A stretch of 64,000 nt of DNA, taken from contig CM082580.2 in assembly GCA_040954595.2 (NCBI GenBank), positions 2,098,783 to 2,162,782 of the forward strand, written 5' to 3'. Of the stretch, positions 43,701 through 54,617 are shown piece after piece. The translations under genes and the position numbers were made by a program. Numbering within the stretch: the stretch's first letter is position 1; each line of letters begins with the position of its first letter. The notes below the pieces were generated by a model that was not told the origin of the DNA, made no database searches, and worked only from the letters and a program-made list of their open reading frames with translations. Source of the DNA: Balanoglossus misakiensis. Taxonomy: Eukaryota > Animalia > Hemichordata.

Positions 43701-43742
43701 GATTGACCAGCTAACACTCTGCTTCTTAGAACAGCTCTCCAT
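40729..43742 (-). CDS. NRF1/Erect-wing/P3A2-like DNA-binding-domain protein carried by the KDZ element
   Basis: Exon 1 (43742-43178) encodes LRKLLPVLV..GRSQPLWGRAGKAPCWWPSSIPFAN..WVSLLRKAARACYTHHN, resembling NRF1 KPGWGKESCKPIWWPEDIPWAN..WTQALRTIVKNCYKQHG. Candidate further exons ~42538-42403, 42262-42178, 41533-41414 and 41084-40729 (basic KRKKKRSEK stretch). Confidence 0.75.
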
Positions 43743-46700
43743 CGTTTCAGAGTTTACGAGGAATGAGTAACACACGTTTATGTGTCAGTTTTTATACTTG
43801 CTCGTGCAAACTGCTGGGAAAGTGTGAATTGTAATTGACAATGCGGCGGTTTTCATATAAGGCGGAAAAAAAGTTACTACAAAGTGTGTTGGAACAGCGA
43901 GGTGTGAAGCTATTGTTAAAATCATTAATTGTTGTCTCCTGTCAGTCATCCAGCAAACATATAACCTAATACATTTTTGTCTTTGTAAAAAAGAATGATA
44001 CTAAAAGAAATAGAACAATGATGACTGGTCAGTGCCTTTGACGATTTTGCCGAAAGTTCGACGGACGTAGAAACAACATGCTGACTTGGTAAAGTTTGTT
44101 GAATTATAGTAAAATACCATTTCTAATTTAAAATTTGTCTCTGCTGAATGAAGATAACGATATATTTCACAATAAAGTCTGTAACAATCTAGTCAATTTT
44201 ATGTCGTCGCAGACAGTCGAAATTTTCAGCTTGCATGGTTTTTGTAGTAAAAAGCTCTTGGGTGTGAATAACAAAAAGTGATCTTTTATCTTGTTTAGTT
44301 GATTGGCAGATGTCTCAATGCCCTTTGGTCAGTTTTCACCGCCACTTAATCGTCATGGTATAAGGTATAAAGCCATCAGTTCGCGTGTAGTGTATATTCA
44401 TTGCGTGGGAATCTATAGTTCACTTATTAGTATACTGATACATAATGGTTTCATCTTTTTAAATAATAAAATAAAACGTTTTGGCAAGGGGAAGATGACA
44501 TTGGAGTGGGCCGCAAATTTCAAAATACAAAAAATCAGACTTTGGCGGCATAGATTTGATTATATGCGTTTTCAGTTACCAATTATATTCCTGAAAATAA
44601 AGTAGCTTATTATGAGAAAATTTTCGGCAACAATGTGCGAAAGAGAATACCTTGTTCACTTACGTATGATTCCGTTGATATCATTGTATTGCTAGCAGGT
44701 AATTTCGAAATTTTCAGGAAGTACGTCCAAACATGACTAATTAAGATGCTAGTAATCAAAACCCGGTAACCCGGTATAATCTAGAAGACTTAATGACCCT
44801 GTACATTTGCTCCACATTTAAAATATGTTTCCCCCCCCCCCCACCTTTTTGACTATATCTGGAAACAACGACACTGCCCTATCCGTTTACTGCTAGGCAA
44901 ACGAAAAGTTTTGTAAATAAAACCTATATCTTATGCTGCAAAAAATGACTTCAACCTGATAACACGTCCGTCATCAACACATTTATCTTATCGTCTAAAA
45001 ACGAACGAACTGCGAGCAGAAGTACGAGCTCGTACGAGTGACGTAATGTCACCGTACTTTCAAAGTGGGAGTGATGTAATATCAGTATTTTTCGACAGTC
45101 AGCCTGTTCTGCATGTTCTGTCGTACTTTTGTACTGTGTATATTTCTGCAAAAAACAAACAATCCAACAGTTATTGCAGCTACACTTGCGGTAGTTTCGT
45201 ATAGTGCCGACCGGCATCTACAAAATGCTCCCAAACTTATTGTATCCAAAGCCCCGTGCGGTCTGCAGCCGATCACTTTCGCTTGAATACAATCCCATAA
45301 ACCGACCCGACATCAGATATTCTATATATGTCAATTTTTTGCTCTCGTTTTGACCGTTTGAGTTTTCTATTCCGAGTGATATCGGCAGGTTATCGCAACC
45401 CACAAAGGTTAACACCCTTACTATTGTTTTGCTCCGAATGACACGCCGAAAAACTGCTGTATGAAAATTTTTGACACCTCGTTGACTGATCATTATTTAC
45501 AATGAGCTCTGTAATGAGGGTGTTACTTTTGTTTTCACCACTGGACATACCGCAACACATTCACACCTTTATTGGCCCTGGTGATGCGCCTCAGTCGATC
45601 GGCCGCGCGCAAAGAAATACAAAATTACTGAAACATTGTGAGATGTGGCCGACAAAGCAAAATGTCGGGGGAAAAACAAAGAAAATAATGGGAGCCATAC
45701 TGTAACCCGCGACTTAGCCGAAACCGCGACTTATTGAGGCGCGACTTAGCGAGGGTCTACTGTATTCGGAACAAGTTAAGGCATACTATATTAAAAAAAG
45801 AACTGTTTCAACCGTACTGAAAACTGCAATAAAGATTATTGGAAACGTGCGTAAATTGACAAAATTTTCGACCGTCTTGACCTCAAAATCGAAAGAGGTT
45901 TGAATGTCGGGCTATGGGGCTCTGTGAAACATGTAATACTTTATTGGAAAAGTACGTAAATTACATCATTGTCGTCTGCATGTCTTGACCTCAAAACAGA
46001 AAAAAAATGAGAAATACAGCACATTCCGGGACCAATTGGTTGAAATCAGTTTTGCAAAGCGATTTTTGTGTGGAAATCTCAAAACTTTTGAAAAAAGATA
46101 GGAAAAATAACTGCGGGTGGCGTAGCACGCTTACGGTGGAATGGTGTATGACACCCGAGCGATTTGTGACATTGCGCCGTGGAGATGGCAGTGGCTGGCG
46201 CCATCAAGATAAATGTGGGACATCAATATATGACATTAGGCAAAGTTTATTTTTATGTTATTAAAATTGCTCTCAACTAAAAGCTTGTGTTAATTTGAAT
46301 TATAATACTTTTTACATGACGTCCTGTGCCATTTCTTGTACTTTCGCCAGCACTTTATTGAATCTCAGCGTGAGATACACAGTTATGGTCAGTATAACTT
46401 TTGAATCGGACCTTGATCGATGCTATTTTTGTGATGTAAGACATTTTACAGTGTATTAGATATTCTGAACTGTGCGTGAGTGTCTATATTTTACCGATTT
46501 TTACTACAGTTATGAGTCGAGCCGGGCCCTATCCAAAACGAATTTCTTCTGGTCCGTGATTCTCCACTTACGTATAAGCTTACCCTTAAACCCTTGATCA
46601 CCAAATTTAACTGACTTTTATCATAGTACACATGTACCGCCGCGCCGGGACTGACAATGTTTCAACCACGGTTACTGGAAAAGAAAATACATATTTCTAA

Positions 46701-47438
46701 TTCCCATGATTCCTGTTGCTTATTTCAGAGAAAGGTTTATTCACCCCCGCCATACAATGGTCAATTCGGTACGTTGATTGGTTCTTTTACGCAACGCTAC
46801 TGATGACGTATTGTTATTATGGTGATTAGCGGTTGCGTATCACGTTCAACATGCATGAACAATGAAAAAATGTAATGGAGGGACTGTGACGCGTCAGAGA
46901 ATCGCGAACGTCTCCCTCAGTCCCGCTCGAAGCTTTGTCAACTCCGCAAACGTCCGAAGTTGTCGTTTGGATTTACAATCACTTGAGATATGTGTAATAA
47001 CGATCTTAGAGGGTAATTACAAATAAAAAAGAGACTGGTCAGACGATATACCACGAATATTGTCCCGTGTTTATGTGTGCGAAGAGTAGCGTAAGCCGAT
47101 ATCACGTAGCTCATAGGGAAAACATACGGACGTACGACATAGAAAGATCGAAAGTGAACAAAAGCAAACAAGTTTACCTAAAGTTTAAGAATCTTTATTG
47201 AGTAAAAGGAAAGGCCAAGCTACTATAGTGGGCTAGCTCAGTCCCGTACCGGTCCCAGACCTAATCTCCGACATTGTTTACACGGCCGTGATACCGTTGG
47301 CGTGGCTTGGGCTTTCCGCTTCTTCCGGAAACTTGCAAAATCGTTGCACTCGGCAATAAAGAGTTCATTTCTAAACGATGACATGACTTCTATGCATGTG
47401 AACATGGTGAAGTATCGGGCTTATATGGTGATTGGTCA

Positions 47439-47585
47439 GTCCCAGAATAGGTCTGGGACCGGTCCCAGAATAGGTCTGGGACCGGTCCCAGAATAGGTCT
47501 GGGACCGGTCCCAGATTAGGTCTGGGACCGGTCCCAGACCTAATCTAGGACCGGTCCCAGACCTAATCTGGGACCGGTCCCAGAC
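47439..47585. repeat. Subterminal 23-bp palindromic tandem array (right)
   Basis: TCTGGGACCGGTCCCAGA x6.5; a partial extra copy at ~47248. Confidence 0.95.
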
Positions 47586-49729
47586 TGCATTTTGTGACAT
47601 CTGGGAGTCCCAGTTTCTTGTCCCAGATTGAGGTTTGAGGTACCCTTACATACCTGGCAAGTGGCACACTTTTGGGAAGCCTAGCAATGGGCAACTGAGA
47701 TTGTAATTTTATGAAAATAAGTTAATTATGACAAAAATTCCTGTCACTATGTCCACTACATCAAACACTTTTGTTGTAAATAAGACATGTCAAAACACGT
47801 CAGCACTTTTGCATCAGAGGTTTTTCAAAGGAAAATATACAATTATCGTTATATCTAATTATCAAGCAGAGTCATAGTATTTGTTTTATATTTTTCAATA
47901 TAGCATTTTTCAATGGATCATCTGTGACATTTTCAGGAAATTGACAGACTGAGTACTCAATTGTTTAACAATTTCACATTTTACTTTCTGCTTTTAACAA
48001 TCAACAATCAAGTATTTTTTAGAAAATTTAAATAAATAGCAGGTGTATTTGGGGAGAGACACACTACAAACAATTTTCATATCAGATGTTAGCGCTGGTG
48101 CATCTTTACATATTTCTGATTACTGGCTGAAAATGGGTGTTTAATATAGCTAAATGTTTTGACATTATTTCATTATTTTATTTTCTGTGTGCCAACAATG
48201 GTTTCTTATGCTATTCCCACATAGAACACCCCATGCTGTTTAGGCAACATACATATATGAATGATTGATAAGAAAATTAACGAATTCTAGTCTGGACTTG
48301 AATTGAGCTCATCAACAGTAACAACACTGACTGTTCACTGAACATATATGGTCTGTGCTGGCAGGCCAAATACTGGGCATTTTATTATGCTTCACAGAGT
48401 AGAACAAGAAACTGTAGTAGATATACAAAATAACCCACCGTAAAAATTACCGGAAATTCAAGCTTATGAAGATTTAATGCACTTGTGGAGTTCATCTGTC
48501 ATCCAGGTAGCCATGGTGGTTTGTTTCTTATAAATCAGTACTTCTCGGCAAATATTGAGTTTGTGAGGGTTTTTTACATGCCCCCCCCTAAAGGATTGTG
48601 ATTGTTATGCCTGCCCCCCCCTAAATTTTCTTTGGGGAAATGGGTGCCCCCCCCCCTGAAAATCCTCCAGCCACCCCCTGGAAGTAAATTCTGGACAGTC
48701 CCTAAGGCATGCTAGTATACCAGTATATCATATATTGCTACAATATAAATTAAATATTATGTGTTTATATCATTGCTGAAGACGTACTGGTACAATTCGT
48801 GGAATTTACGTTTTGCATTATAACCCTGTTTTATTTCTAATCATCGGTACAATTGACTTGACAAAAAATACAGAAACTTGATTTTTACACCCCAATACTA
48901 GGGTCGTCAAGCAGTACGTGCCTATGGCTACCTGTCCTCCAATAATATTTTGGGGACGGAGGGAGGGGCCGGGGTATCGTTACTGTTAGATCTAAACAGC
49001 TAAAAGGGCGTTTATCAATTAACTTCAACGCTTATTATACCCAGGATAAAAAATCTGTGCTCTTATAATAGTATACTACTACTACTACAGTACGTGTAGA
49101 AGACTTCCGTTTAAAAATTTTCGCAACCCAACCCCTAAACCGCCCAAAAATAACGCTTATGGCGGGCAGTCCCCACTCACCAACACTTGATACTATTCAG
49201 TTTTGGCAAACTTGTTGGTAGCCTTACCTGTGGAGGTACAACATCGGTGTCCTTTTCGTCACAGTTAAAAGGCAATTCAACCTGGCTACTGGAGGCTTGA
49301 GTGGGAGCCACGGCTGATGGAGTCGCTGATGAACTTCTAGCAGCCGAGCTGGTGGAAGTAGTGCCTCTACTAATGTTACGTAGTGCTTCTCTCACAGCTT
49401 CCGACACGACCGCTTTTGGATCGGATGATGAGTTACGACCCTGTCGATTCATTTATATACTCTCTAATAATTTAATATTTAAAACTTAAAAGCTAGCCCT
49501 GTAACATTATAATCCTTAAATTTCGTGGATTAAACAAAGTTCGCATGTGGGGACTATATGTGTGCGTAATGATCCAAATGCAAGGGGTTGTGTGAACAGG
49601 CGTAAATCATGAAGAGCAGCAAATAATGAGTTGACAAACGCGAGTGCATTTTTTCATGGTTTAGAAATCACTTATTTATATATAATACATTATTTAAAAA
49701 TAATTATGTGAGTAATTCATTATATGAAA

Positions 49730-50735
49730 TTATATTATAGCTTTATCAATACCAGCGAATTTTGTGACGTCATAGCTATACATTATTACTGATAATGTAT
49801 CGTGTTATTCGATGGACGCGCGACGCGCCCAAGAACCAGTGGACGTGTACAATTTCCGACTGAATAACGGAGGATTTCAAACAATGCGAACATTTTAAGG
49901 GCTAAAAAAGAAATGCAAACGTACACAGAATAAATACGGCGATATTTATTAATTTCTATATCTGTCCTCGACTGGCATTTTGTTTATTTTTTCTTCCTAC
50001 GGCTGCAGTACATGTCGTCTGCTCTTGAATCACGCGCAGTCAACATGGCTCACTCACGCACGTAAAGCAAACCTCTCCATGATGCTGGATTTGACATTCG
50101 TTCACCATACATACCGTGTACCATGTACAAAGCAGTCATGTCAACGAAGCTATACGTAAAAAAATATGCCGCAAGTGTCACTGTCATGTTGTCTACGCGG
50201 TACGGAGGGTCGATCGAGGGCGAGTTTGTTTATGTATTGCAACCTTCCGAGCGCCCGTATACGTGAACTTTCCTGAGAACGCAAACGAATTCAAATATTC
50301 CCCGAGTCATCCCCAAGATTACACAAAAATCGAAACTTTTTCAGATATATTTCAGCAGAACCCTTAAATGAATTTTCACATGCGTTAATAAACCTTCATT
50401 ATTTATTTCCTGATGTTTGAATATGATACTAGAAATGTACAGTACACTGATACACCGCGATCAGGTGACCTTTTGTCTACGCGTACGCCATTGCTCTGTT
50501 CTCGATCTCCGTGTCCGAGTCTGAATTGTTCGCACCTATACTTTTTGAAGTCTGCAAATTCACTGGCATTGACAAAACTATAAAATAATGAGAATAATGA
50601 ACGCCCCAAAGACCCATAATGGACTCAAGCACACATTGCGCTAGCTCCATAATATACTCGGCTTCGCCTCGTATATTATGACGCACAATGTGTGCTTTCG
50701 TCCATTATGGGTCTTTGGGGCGTTCATTATTCTCT
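49730..50735 (-). mobile_element. Non-autonomous asymmetric hairpin element (Crypton-like architecture) inserted in the right TIR
   Basis: IR 49733-49762 / 50556-50587, then hairpin arms 50590-50624 / 50700-50734. Absent from the homologous left TIR position (~955). Confidence 0.75.
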
Positions 50736-50754
50736 AAATAATAGACTTGCACTT

Positions 50755-51290
50755 AAATTATTTATAAATAATTAATTATATATAAATAATTAAGTAAATC
50801 ACTCATGATATATATATGATACATTTACATTTTATTATTTATAAATAATTTATTATATATAAATAATTATGTAAATCACTCATGATATATATAATACACT
50901 TAAATTTTTATTATTTATAAATAATTAATTATATATAAATAATTATGTAAATCACTCATGATATATATATAATACACTTAAATTTTTATTATTTATAAAT
51001 AATTAATTATATATAAATAATTATGTAAATCACTCATGATATATATATAATAAACTTAAATTTGTATTATTTATAAATAATTAATTATATATAAATAATT
51101 ATGTAAATCACTCATGATATATATATAATAAACTTAAATTTTTATTATTTATAAATAATTAATTATATATAAATAATTATGTAAATCACTCATGATATAT
51201 ATATAATGCACTTACATTTTTATTATTTATAAATAATTAATTATATATAAATAATTATGTAAATCACTCATGATATATATATAATAGACT
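50755..51290. repeat. AT-rich ~78-bp tandem array in the right TIR of the giant element
   Basis: AAATCACTCATG recurs at 50796, 50873, 50949, 51027, 51105, 51183, 51261 (7 units); one inverted unit at 230-300. Confidence 0.93.
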
Positions 51291-51553
51291 GACACTGACA
51301 TTGTTTATAAATAATTTATTATATATAAATAAAAGAGCATAAAATACATTTTATGTATATAATTGAATCAACTTGAAATAATTTATAAATAAATTGTCAG
51401 GACTTAAATAGTTTGCAAATCTATAATAACATACATATAAGTATGTTAAATAACGACTTTTGAACAAATAATATAGCTAAATAATAAGTTAACACATGGC
51501 ACCCCATACCGGCATATCAATCGACAACATACAGTGAAATACCTACCTTTCAT

Positions 51554-54532
51554 CAGTCCCTGTTCACTCCATAAAACGAGACGTGTTCTGCGCAACCGCA
51601 GTACGTTTAACCTCGTGAACTCAGATGTGCACATGCGTACAACATTCCCTGTTCACTCCATAAATGGAGACGTCAGGGGGGGGGGGCGACTCACGAACGC
51701 TGCCCTCTAGTGGCTACTAAATTGACCAATCAAAGTGCAGGATTCTGGCTCACTCATATGTGCGTCTTGTCGACAGTAAAGGCTCGAAAAAACCCGTTTT
51801 TGAACAGAATGTGATCATAGAAATAAATCACGATCTCAAATTGAGAAAGTTACATTATGTGTGAAACACCAGACATTTTTTCCCGTATGATACTACATCT
51901 GTGTTTATTTTACGGAGAGTTGAAATTGACATACCCAATCTTAAAGTAGGACCTTAAAAAAGTTCATTAGCTGTGTTTTGGGCATTATTGCATGAAAACG
52001 GTCGGGGCGATATCCATTTAAAATAATTTTTGAGTTTTTCTTCATCATAACAATTTAAAAACATGAAAGCGCCACTAAGCGCCACTTTCTAAAACACTGT
52101 ATGACCGTGTTGAATTCCACGCCCGAAAGTGGGTAGTATTTCTGTGACTCCCTTAGACAACGTGTTTGGCACACGGGCATTACAGTGTACGCAGCTCGAG
52201 TTAACAGATACAAACAGGCGCAAATTATTTTGTCTATGCAATATTCCAATTAGAATCGTGATCAAGTATCTTACAAAATTATTTAAATACCAAAATCACT
52301 CATTGCCCTGCGTTACACCTAGCTATATATCAGGGCTACATATAGCTAACAAGGTAACAGAAGTAGCAGTACTAGCAGTGTTTGGAGACGTCGACGTGAG
52401 ACACAACACCTGCTCTGCCACACTGAGCTAGTCTTAGCTGTACCAGTCGGAAACAAGTCGGTAACAGACAAGTTTCGGCCCAGACGCAAACCGATTCTGC
52501 AACCTGCAGTTCAGTAAAGTTGGCGAACAGGATAGTCCAGGAACGCCGGCAGCAGGGCTAGCGAACAGGACAAAACAACATACTAGTAATAAAAGCGAGC
52601 GTGTTGTCAGATCGGTGGGACTGTCATATCATGAAGAAATTACGATCCCGGGATTACGATAGGCATGAAGGGGCATTATAACGTGCGAGCGTGAAACTGA
52701 CATGGAAACGATCGACAGTACGGTATAGCACAGTGACATTGGGTTGAGCGAGCGAGTTGCATTTTACCACGTTTGTTTACAACATACAGCGACTTGACCT
52801 GTGGCCGGCCGCAGCCCCTCGCCGCGACCTAATGCAAGCAGTTTACGATCTCGTGGATCGTGGTTGGACTGACAAAAATAACAAAGAAACAGAACCAAAT
52901 TAGGAAGTATTATAGGTCTGTCTCCTTGAAGTCGAATATTGTGCAAAACACAAACGTGTTGCCCAGACTCCGGAAGTTAGCAGTTCGCTTGCCTGGTTTG
53001 AAATGTGCGGCTGTGGTGGAAAATTACCCACTGTGCTTTGCGGCGTGAGTCTCCCCCCCCCCCTCCTGTGGAGACGTGTTAAATTTCCGACCTACACATG
53101 TACGGCAACAGAAAGCAAAGTGAGCGTAATTCAATAAAACGACCTATACAAGCCTGAACTCTGATTATTTCTGGTCCCAAAACTCCTTTCGTGAAAAACT
53201 CACTGGACTGTTTACGTATTTCAGCGAATACTACCCGCTGGAAGTGACTGGGATTATGCTAATGAGACCTCGCACACAGTAGTGAGTGTGCATGTGAGGG
53301 TCTAGCTCTGCGTACAGGTCTGTGTGTTCCCGGCGTTACACGGCCTCCACCCACAGCCCTGCAAGGCGCCATAGAAAAAACTGGTGCTTCTGCGGTCCGG
53401 ATCCGGACCGCAGCTTTTTCGGCCGAAATTCGATTTTATCGAAGCAAAATCCTTTCCCTGTCTACTTCTGCCTTCTAACCGACTCCAAATATGATGCGAT
53501 TAACTTGTCCTAACGTCCGAACCACTCGCGTTTGATTCATTTTTGTGTGTTTACATGTTGAGATCGCCATATTAAATATAAGGCTTACAGCGAGTTTATC
53601 TCCATGGGTAAACAAAAAAGTTTTAGAAAGCGAGCGGCTCGGACGTTAGGACAAGTTAATCGCATCATATTTGGAGTCGGTTAGGAGGCAGAAGTAGACA
53701 GGGAAAGGATTTTGCTTCGATAAAATCGAATTTCGGCCGAAAAAGCTGCGGTCCGGATCCGGACCGCAGAAGCACCAGTTTTTTCTATGGCGCCTTGCAG
53801 GGCTGTGGGTGGAGGCCGTGTAACGCCGGGAACAACACAGACCTGTACGCAGAGCTAGTGAGGGTCAAAGTCCGCTGCCGGAGTTGTGGCGCAAAATGAA
53901 CTTCTGGGAAGCAATCATTTGATAGTTTCCTTTGACATATAACATTATTATTCTTTCATTATCAAAACACAGCCATATTTTACAACCCGCAATCGGCAAC
54001 CCGCGGCCCGCATTTTAACGCTTCCCCACATGTACATGTATCACTGTTCACATGTACATACACCATAACCGCGTTTTCAAAATGTTACCCGAAATTACCC
54101 CATCATGTGAGAGCCATGAAACTCGCACCCATTGTCCTGCAGTAGTTAGTTGACTATCCTATTCACTCAAAATGAAAAGAACGGGTGTTAAAAAGTCACT
54201 AAAACAGCATTGATACAGAGATGTATAATACTGTCGATGATTTCAAGAGAAAAACACGGATGCAGCCCAGGAAGATCAGTCACTGTATGTGGCGATATCT
54301 TTCTAAGTATTTCACTCATCTTGTAAAGACGATGCCATGCTGTCTTCTGGAATGTGCTAGTAACGTCACACATCAAAATTTTCCGAAGTTGCCGCTCCAT
54401 AAGGTCGAAAATCACCGAAGTCTACGTGTAAACAAACCAGCGAGTGATACTCACTTGCGAACTTCGCGGGATATGCAAATTTATTTATGAGCATGCGCAG
54501 TACGTCTCCATTTATGGAGTGAACAGGGACTG
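51554..54532. mobile_element. Non-autonomous TIR element, superfamily unclear
   Basis: TIR CAGTCCCTGTTCACTCCATAAA / TTTATGGAGTGAACAGGGACTG, 5-bp TSD TTCAT, internal second TIR copy at ~51643. Confidence 0.85.
53303..53857. mobile_element. Near-perfect palindromic MITE, AcademH-type termini
   Basis: TAGCTCTGCGTACAGG...CCTGTACGCAGAGCTA with ~225-bp arms; 9-bp TSD GTGAGGGTC. Confidence 0.9.
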
Positions 54533-54541
54533 TTCATACAG

Positions 54542-54617
54542 TAGTCTCGGTTACCCAGACGCCTTTGCTTTGCTGGAGAGCATCGGAAGAGCAAAGGCGT
54601 CTGGGTAACCGAGACTA
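54542..54617. mobile_element. 76-bp AcademH-type mini-element
   Basis: 29 bp of the left end + TG + 45 bp of the right end of the MITE at 59616-60072; 9-bp TSD TTCATACAG. Confidence 0.9.

Larger units (their letters stand above)
26347..47655 (+). mobile_element. KDZ (Kyakuja/Dileera/Zisupton-type) DNA transposon with two convergent genes
   Basis: TIR AGGTATGTAAGGGTACCTCAAACCTCAATCTGGGACAAG... at both ends, 8-bp duplication GCAAGTGG (26339-26346 / 47657-47664, one extra G on the right), second IR block 26747-26872 / 47266-47390, KDZ transposase inside. Confidence 0.88.
26039..48702. mobile_element. PIF/Harbinger- or Zator-like MITE (~1.35 kb on its own) split by the KDZ insertion
   Basis: TIR GGGACTGTCCAGAATTTACTTCCAGGG / CCCTGGAAGTAAATTCTGGACAGTCCC, extending imperfectly ~150 bp; TSD TAA on both sides. 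Confidence 0.88.
25444..49452 (-). pseudogene. IS3EU-like transposase remnant: exon 1 49452-49228, exon 2 from 25647 (HTH); catalytic core not found
   Basis: Exon 1 is 75 codons ending CAG|GTAAGG and splices in phase to TTTCAG|GTG-AAA-CCA, giving VKPGNPGITVPRDKIEDMLHLGFTITKIARHFGISRTCLYDKMK, which resembles transposase N-terminal HTH domains. Confidence 0.55.
230..51300. mobile_element. Giant decayed TIR DNA transposon (IS3EU-like by inference) with convergent HECT-ligase and transposase-remnant genes; outer left end missing or truncated
   Basis: Blocks 230-300, 916-1130 and 1350-1401 are reverse complements of 50737-51290, 49540-49727 and 49496-49540 (e.g. CATTATTTGCTGCTCTTCATGATTTACGCCTGTTCACACAACCCC / GGGGTTGTGTGAACAGGCGTAAATCATGAAGAGCAGCAAATAATG). 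Two genes start just inside each repeat and point inward. No TSD identifiable. Confidence 0.7.

Noticed and set aside
43149-43775. Host NRF1 orthologue
   Set aside because: Too divergent from the highly conserved host protein and enclosed by transposon TIRs.
45698-45764. Tc1/pogo-like end (CGCGACTTA x3, ..GGTCTACTG-TA)
   Set aside because: No matching opposite end found; at most a fragment.
43800-47200. Short ORFs in the KDZ interior and in 51600-54500
   Set aside because: No recognisable motifs or consistent splice model; treated as non-coding.
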